From NCBI GenBank assembly GCA_035063585.1, contig JAPSGB010000034.1, forward strand, positions 1 through 48,755: 48,755 nt of DNA. The letters run 5' to 3'. A program made the translations under genes and the position numbers. This document shows positions 9,461 through 17,380 of the stretch, piece by piece. A model generated the notes under the pieces. The model worked only from the letters and a program-made list of their open reading frames with translations, was not told where the DNA came from and did not search any database. The DNA is from Polyangiaceae bacterium. Lineage in GTDB: Bacteria; Myxococcota_A; Polyangia; Polyangiales; Polyangiaceae. Numbering within the stretch: the stretch's first letter is position 1; the number at the start of each line of letters is the position of its first letter.

Positions 9461-11557
9461 GTGTCGCTCGCTCGAAGCCTCTCCGCCGTGCTCGCGGCGA
9501 CCCTCGCCGCGAGCGCGCTCGCCGCGCCGGGCTGCATCGCGACCAGCGACCAGAAGCTCCGCCGGCAGACCGACGACGACGCGGGCGGCCCGGGCCCGAT
9601 CGACGTCGACGGCGGACCGGGCGACGCCTCGAACGAGCTCCCGCCCGCGGCGCCGCACGCGGTGCTCGGCGTGGATCCGCCGCACGGCCCGTTCAACGGC
9701 GGGCAGCGGGTCACCCTGCGCGGCAACGGGTTCGCGAGCACGGTGCGGGTGTGGTTCGGCGGGGCAGAGCTCCCGAGCGCCGACGTGGTGCCCATCGATC
9801 CCGGGCGCGTGCAGGTGGTCGCGCCGCCGGGCGCGACCGGCCCGGTGGACGTCATCACCCAGAACGGCGACGACGCGAGCACCCGCGCCGCGCTCACGGA
9901 CGGCTACACCTACGACGCCTTCTACCTCGAGCCCGCGAGCGGCCCGGTGGGCGGCGGCACCATCGTCACGCTGCACGGCGACGCCACCGCGTGGGACGCG
10001 AAGACCAGCGTGCTCATCGATTTGCTCCCCTGCCCGGTCAGCGAGGTGCGCGGTCCGACCGAGCTCAGCTGCACCACGCCGAAGGGCGCGCCCGGCACCA
10101 AGGCGGTGCGGGTGACCACCGGCGACGGCGTGAAGACGGACGTGCTCGACGCCTACACCTACGGCGACAGCGACAACGGCTTCAAGGGCGGGCTCTCGGG
10201 CGGCGCGCTCGGGAGCTCGCTCCGCGTCATCGTCCTCGACAACTACACGGGCGACCCCATCCCGAACGCCACGGTCGTGCTCGGCGACGACCTCTCCACG
10301 GCGAAGCAGGCCAGCGCGAGCGGGGTGGTCCTCTATCAAGACGCGGGGCTCGGCCCGACGCGGACGGTGACCGCCGCGATGAAGTGCTTCCAGCCGGAGA
10401 CGTTCGCGAGCGTCCCGGTCGACACGGTGACCTTCTACCTCGATCCGGTGCTCTCGCCCGACTGCGCGGCGGAGGGCGATCCGCCGCCGGTGGGCGGCAC
10501 GCCGGGGTTCGCGGCCCAGGTGACCGGCGAGCTCGTCTGGAAGTCGCTGAACGAGTTCAAGCGCGACGGGTGGACGAACGTGCCGCCGCCGAAATCCGAC
10601 GACGAGCAGCGCGTCGCCTACGTCTTCACCGCGACCAGCGACGCCTCACGCTCGTTCACCCTGCCGTCGCCGTCGGCCGCGGTGACGCCCGACGCCCAAG
10701 GGCTCACCGGCTTCTCCTTCTCGCTCAACGCCTCGCCCGGCAACCTGGTCCTCTACGCGCTCGCCGGCATCGAGAACCGCGCGGTGAGTCCGCCGCTCTT
10801 CACCGCGTACTCGATGGGGGTCGCGAAGGGCGTGTCCGCGAAGCCCGCTAGCGCGACCGCCGACGTCTTCATCCCGATCGACGTCCCGCTCGACCACACG
10901 CTCACCATGACCGCGACCGGCCCCACGCCGACCGCCGCCGGGCCCGACCGCGTGCAGGCGTCGCTCGCGGTGCGCGTGGCCGATCAGCTCTACGCGCTCC
11001 TTCCGATCGGCAAGCAGACGCGGCTCATTCCGGTGACTGCGCCCATCGACTTCGTCGGGGTGCCGGCGCTCTCGGGCAGCGTCGCGGGCGGCGCGTACAT
11101 CGTCACGGCGAGCGCGGTCACCGGCCTCGGCGCCGCGCTCCCGCGCTCGGTGGTCGGGCAGCTCGCGACCACCACCACCAGCCAGGTGGTGGCGCTCGAC
11201 GGCTTCGTGCAGGTGCCGTCGCTCACCCGGCCGGCGGCGGGCGACGCCTGGGACGGGCGGACGCTCGAGGTCGCGTTCGCGCCCGGCGGCGCGCGCGTCG
11301 ACGTCATCACGTTCGTCATCCAGAGCGGATACGGGCTCTCGTCGTGGGTGGTCGCCGCGCCGGGGGATGCGCGGAGCGTGCGCCTCCCCGATCTCGCCGC
11401 GCTCGGGCTCTCGGGCGCGCTCATCCCCGGCCCGGTGACGCTCAAGGTCTCGGCCGGTCACATGAACGCCTTCGACTACGGCTCGCTGCAATACCGCCAG
11501 CTCCGGCCGAGCGGCTGGAACGCGTATGCGGAAGATCTCTTCTTCGCTCACCTCTGA
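9461..11557 (+). CDS. IPT/TIG-domain lipoprotein
   Basis: Lipobox-like APGC; two IPT-type units (PPHGPFNGGQRVTLRG...YTY; PASGPVGGGTIVTLHG...YTY). Confidence 0.85.
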   Translation: MSLARSLSAVLAATLAASALAAPGCIATSDQKLRRQTDDDAGGPGPIDVDGGPGDASNELPPAAPHAVLGVDPPHGPFNGGQRVTLRGNGFASTVRVWFGGAELPSADVVPIDPGRVQVVAPPGATGPVDVITQNGDDASTRAALTDGYTYDAFYLEPASGPVGGGTIVTLHGDATAWDAKTSVLIDLLPCPVSEVRGPTELSCTTPKGAPGTKAVRVTTGDGVKTDVLDAYTYGDSDNGFKGGLSGGALGSSLRVIVLDNYTGDPIPNATVVLGDDLSTAKQASASGVVLYQDAGLGPTRTVTAAMKCFQPETFASVPVDTVTFYLDPVLSPDCAAEGDPPPVGGTPGFAAQVTGELVWKSLNEFKRDGWTNVPPPKSDDEQRVAYVFTATSDASRSFTLPSPSAAVTPDAQGLTGFSFSLNASPGNLVLYALAGIENRAVSPPLFTAYSMGVAKGVSAKPASATADVFIPIDVPLDHTLTMTATGPTPTAAGPDRVQASLAVRVADQLYALLPIGKQTRLIPVTAPIDFVGVPALSGSVAGGAYIVTASAVTGLGAALPRSVVGQLATTTTSQVVALDGFVQVPSLTRPAAGDAWDGRTLEVAFAPGGARVDVITFVIQSGYGLSSWVVAAPGDARSVRLPDLAALGLSGALIPGPVTLKVSAGHMNAFDYGSLQYRQLRPSGWNAYAEDLFFAHL

Positions 11558-13544
11558 GCGCGCCGCGCGCGCGCTCCTCGCGGCCCTCGCGGCGCTCGCC
11601 CTCGCGCCGAGCTGCGGATTCGATCGGGGTGATCGCTGGGTCCCGGCGCCCCGCGAAGAGCCGCAGCCCGCCTGCGAGCTCGGCCGCGTCGAGTGCGCGG
11701 GCGAGCTGCTGCGCCGCTGCGAGGCCACACCCGGCGCGCTCCCGAGCTGGAGCACGCAAGAGGACTGCAGCGCGCGCGGCGAGCGGTGCGTCGCCGGGCT
11801 GCGCGCGTGCAAGCCGTGCCGGCCCGGCGCGGCGCGCTGCGACGGCCAGACCATCATGCGCTGCGACGACGACGGCGAGCGCGAGCGCGCGGGAGCGACC
11901 TGCGCGGGCGAGGGCATCGCCTGCCGGAGCGGCGCGTGCGCGAACCTCTGCGGGCTCGCGGCGAGCGAGCGAAGCAACGTCGGCTGCGAGTACTGGGCGG
12001 TCGATCTCGACAACGCCGCGCTCAGCGCCTCGCAGAACGCGGCCGCTCAGCAATTCGCGCTCGTGGTGAGCAACCCCGAGCCGGATCTGCCGGCCACCGT
12101 GACCATCACCCAGGATGACTCCGCGCCGGGCGAACCCCCCAGCCTGATCGACGTGGCGACCGCCGTGGTACCGCCGCTCGGGCTCCGGGTGTTCAAGCTC
12201 GGCCCGCGCGAGGTCGACGGCTCGCCCGACGGCGAGTACGACACCGGCACCCACACCGCGCTCACCCGGCACGCCTACCGCGTGGTGAGCACCGCGCCGG
12301 TGGTCGCCTATCAGTTCAACCCGCTCGAGAACGTGAACGTGTTCTCGAACGACGCCTCGCTCTTGAAGCCGGTCGAGGCGCTCACCATGACGCCGGGCAC
12401 GCTGCTCGACTCTTACGTGGTGCTCGGCTGGCCGCAGACCATCGCGAGCACCGACGACCCCGACACCAACTTCAACCCTGCCGATCCCATCGATCTGCGC
12501 GCATTCCTCACCATCGTGGGCACGCGCGCCGGCACGCGCGTGCGGGTGAAGAGCGCCACGGCCATCCTCGCGGGCGGCCCCGTCCCGGCGACCGCCGCCG
12601 ACGGCACGGTCGAGGTGACGCTCGAGCCCTTCGAGGTCCTGAACCTCGAGACGGGCGGCTTCAACGCGGATTTCACGGGTAGCATCGTGAGCGCGGATCA
12701 GCCGGTGGTGGTGTTCAGCGGCGGCGAGGCGAGCGACGCGCCCTATTTCAGCACCCTCTCGATGAGGCGCTGCTGCGCCGATCACCTGGAGGAGCAGCTC
12801 GATCCGGTGCGAACCGCGGGCAAGCGCTACGTCGCATCCGTGTCGGCGAACCGCACCCGCGCGGTCCGGGCCGCCGGCGGCGCGCTCGGCGTGGTCGAGC
12901 AGCCCGAGTACTTTCGCGTCATCGCCACCTCGGACGCCGGCGCGCGCCTGAAGACCACGCTCGAGGGCAGCCAGGCGACCATCGAGCTCGACCGGAAAGG
13001 CGCGTTCACGACCATCACCACCACGCGCGCCTTCATGCTCACGAGCGACGAGCCCGTGATGCTCGCGAACGTGAGCCCCAGCCAGGACGCGGCGGGCGTG
13101 CCGCGCGGACTCCCCGGCGGCGATCCGAGCTTCCTCACCATCCCGCCGGTCGAGCAGTTCCGCTCGAACTACGTCTTTCTCACGCCGGACAAGTACAGCT
13201 TCGATTTCATCCGGATCATCGCGCCCCCCGGCGCTGCCATCGTGCTCGACGGGCTCCCGCTCGAGCGCGTGCCCGGCTGCGAGGCGAGCCCGGCCGACGG
13301 CCTCACCGAGAAGGAGCGCGGGAGCGCCGAGCCCCCCTTCGTCATCCACACCTGCCAGCTCTCGTTCCCGATCGTCGATCCGACCCGGACCGCACCGGAC
13401 AACCTCACGCCCGGCCAGCAGAACGACGGCGTGCACCGCATCGACGCGAGCGAGCCGGTGGGTGTGCTCGTGGACGGCTTCGACGCCTACGTGAGCTACG
13501 CCTACGCGGCCGGCACCCAGCTCGCCGAGCTCGTGCCGCGCTAG
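11526..13544 (+). CDS. IgGFc-binding-domain lipoprotein with Cys-rich N-terminus
   Basis: SNVGCEYWAVDLDN, AYQFNPL, SNDASLL, DHLEEQL, GDPS, SYAYAAG; overlaps upstream CDS by 32 nt. Confidence 0.85.
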   Translation: MRKISSSLTSERAARALLAALAALALAPSCGFDRGDRWVPAPREEPQPACELGRVECAGELLRRCEATPGALPSWSTQEDCSARGERCVAGLRACKPCRPGAARCDGQTIMRCDDDGERERAGATCAGEGIACRSGACANLCGLAASERSNVGCEYWAVDLDNAALSASQNAAAQQFALVVSNPEPDLPATVTITQDDSAPGEPPSLIDVATAVVPPLGLRVFKLGPREVDGSPDGEYDTGTHTALTRHAYRVVSTAPVVAYQFNPLENVNVFSNDASLLKPVEALTMTPGTLLDSYVVLGWPQTIASTDDPDTNFNPADPIDLRAFLTIVGTRAGTRVRVKSATAILAGGPVPATAADGTVEVTLEPFEVLNLETGGFNADFTGSIVSADQPVVVFSGGEASDAPYFSTLSMRRCCADHLEEQLDPVRTAGKRYVASVSANRTRAVRAAGGALGVVEQPEYFRVIATSDAGARLKTTLEGSQATIELDRKGAFTTITTTRAFMLTSDEPVMLANVSPSQDAAGVPRGLPGGDPSFLTIPPVEQFRSNYVFLTPDKYSFDFIRIIAPPGAAIVLDGLPLERVPGCEASPADGLTEKERGSAEPPFVIHTCQLSFPIVDPTRTAPDNLTPGQQNDGVHRIDASEPVGVLVDGFDAYVSYAYAAGTQLAELVPR

Positions 13545-13547
13545 GGC

Positions 13548-15305
13548 TCACGGGCGCGCGCGCGTCATCGGCCAGGCCTCGAGGAGCGGTAGCGGCGCGC
13601 GCGGGCCGCTCTCCCGCACGGCTCGCACGCACTCGTCCACCGAGAGCCGCCGCGGGCCGAAGATGGTCGGGTCGGCGGCGTCCGAGTCCATCAGCGACTC
13701 GGGCTGGTCGACGCCGTAGTCGTCCGGGTGCCCGGGCATGGCGAGGAGCACGTGGCCGAGCTCGTGCGCGAGCACGAAGGAGCGCGCGCCGAGCCGCACC
13801 GCCGAGCGATCGACGATGACCGTATTCATCACGCCCGCGCCGTCGTCGCTCAGAAACGATTCGCCGACGCGCCCGAGCTTGGTGAAGCTCGGGACGATGA
13901 ACACCTCGACGGTGCGCGGATCGCCGTCGTCGTAGGCCTTCACGAGGCTGCGCTCCTCGACCGTGCCGGCCGCGGCGTCATAGTCGGTGAAGTGACGCAG
14001 CCCGTCCGCGAGCTCGACCGCGCCGAGGCACGCCGAGAGCGTAGCGTCGCTCGAGAGCGGCGTCTCGCCGTCGGCGGCGAGCGGGACGCGCGCGCCGCCC
14101 GCGCCGCGGATGAGCACGTCCACCGTGGGCAGCGCGCCCGAGCGAGCCCGCGGGTTCGGAGAGAGCGTGGCGCGAAGCCCGGCCGCGCGGACCGCCACGG
14201 CGAGCGAGCTCGCCACCTCCGCGGGCGTCTGCCCCGCGCGGGTCGCGACGCGCAGCTTTCGGCCGCCCGCGATGAGCGCCAGCGCGCCGCCCGACGCCGG
14301 CAGCCCGAGCTCGCAGCCGACCGCGACGAGGTGCGCGGGCGGCGGATCGACCACCTCGACGTCGAGCTTCGCGCGCAGCCCGAAGTGGATCCCGCACTGA
14401 CTGAAGAGCGCGCTCGCGATCTCGACCTGGTCGCGCGCGAGCGTGAGCGCGCCCGCGTCGTCGCCGCCGATGGCGGGCGCGCCGCCCGGCGCGAGCCGCA
14501 CCACATGCACCCGCAGCCGCGCGCGCAGCCGCTCGAGCGGACCGAGCGGCGTGTCGCGCGGGCCACCCACGCGAATCGAGCTCGCCTTCAGCCCGTCGAC
14601 CTCGACCGCGATGCGCCCGCCCGCCTCGGCGAGGATGCTGGTCGCGCGCGACGCCGGGTGCTCGCGGTCCACGGCGTCGGTGCTCGCGCGGATGGGCGGG
14701 CTCTTGCGACACGCGAGTCCGAGCCGCGTCTCGGGCGGGCACGCCACCGCCTCGAGCGCCACCCCCTCGAGCCGGTCGAGCGCGCGGCCATCGGCGAACC
14801 ACGAGCGGAGCGTGATGCGCGCGGGAAGCGCCGCGGGCGGGCCGACCGCGAGCCAGGCGAGCGCGTCGGCGTCGGGCGGCGCGCCCTCGGGCGCGAGCCC
14901 GGGCGGGAGCACGCGACTCATCGAGGCGTGCGACGCGGCCAGATCGAGCCGCCTCCCCGCCGCGTCGATCGGCGCGAGCGCGACCACCGCGAGCTCCGCG
15001 CGCGCGCCGGCGCCGAGCTCGAGCGTGACCTGCCCGGCGCGAACCCCCTGGAGCCCGCCGCCCACCAGGCGCGCCGCGTCGCCCGAGACCGCGGTCACGC
15101 CGTCCGCCGGGATCACGTCGGCGCCGGACGCCGCGGTCCAGGGCTCGAGCGCGTCGGCGACGCCGTCCGCGTCGTCGTCGTCGAGATCCGCGAAAATCCG
15201 CGCTGGGAGCGGGCGCGGAGCGGGCGCGCCCGCGGGCTCCGCGCGCGCCAGGCTCACCACCGCGAGCGCCCCGATGAAGAGCGCGCGCGCCGCTACTCGA
15301 CCCAT
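13548..15305 (-). CDS. Secreted protein with C-terminal zinc metallopeptidase (metzincin-like) motif
   Basis: Signal peptide from ATG 15305; DLDDDDADGVAD acidic motif; LAHELGHVLLAMPGH followed by SLM Met-turn. Confidence 0.75.
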   Translation of the reverse strand: MGRVAARALFIGALAVVSLARAEPAGAPAPRPLPARIFADLDDDDADGVADALEPWTAASGADVIPADGVTAVSGDAARLVGGGLQGVRAGQVTLELGAGARAELAVVALAPIDAAGRRLDLAASHASMSRVLPPGLAPEGAPPDADALAWLAVGPPAALPARITLRSWFADGRALDRLEGVALEAVACPPETRLGLACRKSPPIRASTDAVDREHPASRATSILAEAGGRIAVEVDGLKASSIRVGGPRDTPLGPLERLRARLRVHVVRLAPGGAPAIGGDDAGALTLARDQVEIASALFSQCGIHFGLRAKLDVEVVDPPPAHLVAVGCELGLPASGGALALIAGGRKLRVATRAGQTPAEVASSLAVAVRAAGLRATLSPNPRARSGALPTVDVLIRGAGGARVPLAADGETPLSSDATLSACLGAVELADGLRHFTDYDAAAGTVEERSLVKAYDDGDPRTVEVFIVPSFTKLGRVGESFLSDDGAGVMNTVIVDRSAVRLGARSFVLAHELGHVLLAMPGHPDDYGVDQPESLMDSDAADPTIFGPRRLSVDECVRAVRESGPRAPLPLLEAWPMTRARP

Positions 15306-16504
15306 CCGAGCTGGATCCTCCGGAAGCTCGGCTCGGTGACGAGCGGCGCGAGATCCCCCGCGGCGTGCGCGGAGAGCACGAGCGCGCCCCATGCGACGGT
15401 CGGCACCTGCCGGCTCGCGAGCAGCGGCTCGGCGAGCTCGGCGGCGGCGGCGCGCTCGCCGGCGTCATAGAGCGCGGCCGCGGCGAGCCCGCGAAGCGCT
15501 TCGCGGCGAGGAGTCCGCGCCGCCTCGGCGAGCGCCCCGCGGAGCTCGTCACGCGCGTGGTCGCGCGCGAGGTAGAGCGCCGCGCGCACCGCGAGCTCGT
15601 CTTCGAGCGTCGCGCCCTTCAGGAGGTTCTCGAGCATCGAGCGCGCGGTCGGCACCCGCGCGTGCGCGAGCCGGAAGAGGAAGGTGAGATCGCGGTCGGC
15701 GCTCGGCCGATCCGACAGGCGCGAGACGAGCTCGACGGTCGGGCGGACGGTCGGCGCGCGCGCCTCGGCGGCGTCGAGCGCCCAGGCGACCAGCGTCCAC
15801 GCCGCCCGCGCGCTCGAGGGGCCCGAACGCGCGCGCTCGCGCGCCTCGTCGAGCGGCGTCGGGTCCCCCGCACGCACGGCGAGCTCACCGAGCACGAGCC
15901 AGCGCCCGAGGTGCCGCTCGGCGTCGCGGAGCACCGCGAGCGACGGCGCGATGGCGGCCGGCAAGGGCTCGCCCCAGAGCAGCGGCACCAACACCTCGAC
16001 GCAGAGCTCGATGCGGTGCGCCTCCTTGATCTTCGGCGCGAGCGACGCGACGTGCGCGCCGTTCGCCTCGCCGCGCGCGACCCGCGCGACCTCGGAGGCG
16101 AAGGCGAGCTGCGGATGGCGGCTCGCGGCGATCCGCGCGAGCGCTTCGGCCGCGCCGCCGTCGCGCAGGAAACACGAGCCGGAGAGCGTGGCGAGCCCGC
16201 CCGCGTCGTCGGACGCGAGCGCCTGGCGCACGGGCGCGGCGCCGCGCCGCTCGGCGTGCTGGCAGAGCCCGCGCACCGCGGCCGCGTAGAGCGGGCGCGC
16301 GAAGGTGCCGCGCTTGACCAGCGTCTCGACGATGCCGAACTCGAGCGCCCGCAGCCGCTGCGAGCGACCGGCGAGCTCGCGGAGCGCGCCGGCGAGCCGC
16401 GCCTCCTGCGCCGGCTTGCGCCGGAGCGCCGTCGACACGTCCGCCTCGAATCGCGCGCCCACCCGCGCATCCAGCGCCTCTCCCAGCTCCAAGCGTCGCG
16501 TCAT
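15293..16504 (-). CDS. Hypothetical alpha-helical (possibly HEAT-like) protein
   Basis: Ala/Leu/Arg/Glu-rich frame fitting between neighbours; overlaps the downstream gene by 13 nt; start chosen at ATG 16504. Confidence 0.7.
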   Translation of the reverse strand: MTRRLELGEALDARVGARFEADVSTALRRKPAQEARLAGALRELAGRSQRLRALEFGIVETLVKRGTFARPLYAAAVRGLCQHAERRGAAPVRQALASDDAGGLATLSGSCFLRDGGAAEALARIAASRHPQLAFASEVARVARGEANGAHVASLAPKIKEAHRIELCVEVLVPLLWGEPLPAAIAPSLAVLRDAERHLGRWLVLGELAVRAGDPTPLDEARERARSGPSSARAAWTLVAWALDAAEARAPTVRPTVELVSRLSDRPSADRDLTFLFRLAHARVPTARSMLENLLKGATLEDELAVRAALYLARDHARDELRGALAEAARTPRREALRGLAAAALYDAGERAAAAELAEPLLASRQVPTVAWGALVLSAHAAGDLAPLVTEPSFRRIQLGWVE

Positions 16505-16629
16505 CGAGGCCAGAGGCCGAAGATACCACACCGCCCTTCCGGAGCGGTCATCGAGCGAGCGCGACCCGGGCGCTTCGGTTGACCCACCCCGGAGCAAGAA
16601 CTAGCCTTCCCATCGCAGAGGAGAGACCG

Positions 16630-17037
16630 ATGCGAAAAGCTGTTTACGTCGTGGTGTCCTTGGCCGTCCCTGCGCTCGTCCTCGGTGCGTGCAAGAAGAG
16701 CCAAGATCAGGAGCCGCCCCCGCAACCCTACGGCCAGCAGCCGTACGGGCAGCCCGGCTACGGCCAGCCCGGCTACGGCCAGCCCGGCTACGGCCAGCCC
16801 GGCTACGGCCAGCCCGGCTACGGCCAGCAGCCCACGCCCGCCCCCACCAGCACGATGTCGCAGCCGGCGCCGGTCGCGATCGCCTGCCAGAGCGACGCGA
16901 CCTGCTTCGGCCATCGCTGCGACACCGCGGTCGGAAAATGCGTGTGGCCCTGCCAGACGAACAACGACTGCCAGCCCGGCTACCAGTGCATGTCCCCTCA
17001 GTGCCTGCCCGCGATGGGCGCGCCGCCAGCGCAGTGA
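16630..17037 (+). CDS. Small lipoprotein with QPGYG repeats and an 8-Cys C-terminal module
   Basis: GAGGAG SD; lipobox LGAC; CQSDATCFGHRC...CVWPCQTNNDCQPGYQCMSPQC. Confidence 0.85.
   Translation: MRKAVYVVVSLAVPALVLGACKKSQDQEPPPQPYGQQPYGQPGYGQPGYGQPGYGQPGYGQPGYGQQPTPAPTSTMSQPAPVAIACQSDATCFGHRCDTAVGKCVWPCQTNNDCQPGYQCMSPQCLPAMGAPPAQ
16750..16824 (+). repeat. Perfect 15-bp tandem repeat x5 (cagcccggctacggc, encoding QPGYG)
   Basis: Five identical units, preceded by degenerate QPYGQ units. Confidence 0.95.
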
Positions 17038-17369
17038 TGCTCGACGAAGCACGCTACGAAGCGCTCGCGCTACCCGTGCTCCACGCGCTCGTCGAGGCCT
17101 TCGATCGCCTCGACACCGAGGAGCTCGAGGCCGAGCTCGCGAGCGACATCCTCACGGTCGAGTTCCCGGACGGCACCCGCTACATCGTGAACTCGCACCG
17201 CGCCGCGCGCCAAATCTGGATGGCCGCCGAGCGGAGCGCCTGGCACTTCGACTGGGACGACGGCGCGAGCGCCTGGGTGTGCCAAAAAAACGGCGACGAG
17301 CTCTGGAGCGCACTCGCCCGCGTGGTCGGCTCGAAGCTCGGGCACCCGCTCGAGCTCCCGCGCGACTAG
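17037..17369 (+). CDS. cyaY: Iron donor protein CyaY (frataxin family)
   Basis: ILTVEFPDGTRYIVNSHRAARQIWMAA...WHF; 110 aa with acidic N-terminal helix; TGATG overlap with upstream stop. Confidence 0.9.
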   Translation: MLDEARYEALALPVLHALVEAFDRLDTEELEAELASDILTVEFPDGTRYIVNSHRAARQIWMAAERSAWHFDWDDGASAWVCQKNGDELWSALARVVGSKLGHPLELPRD

Positions 17370-17380
17370 CTCGGCGCCGG

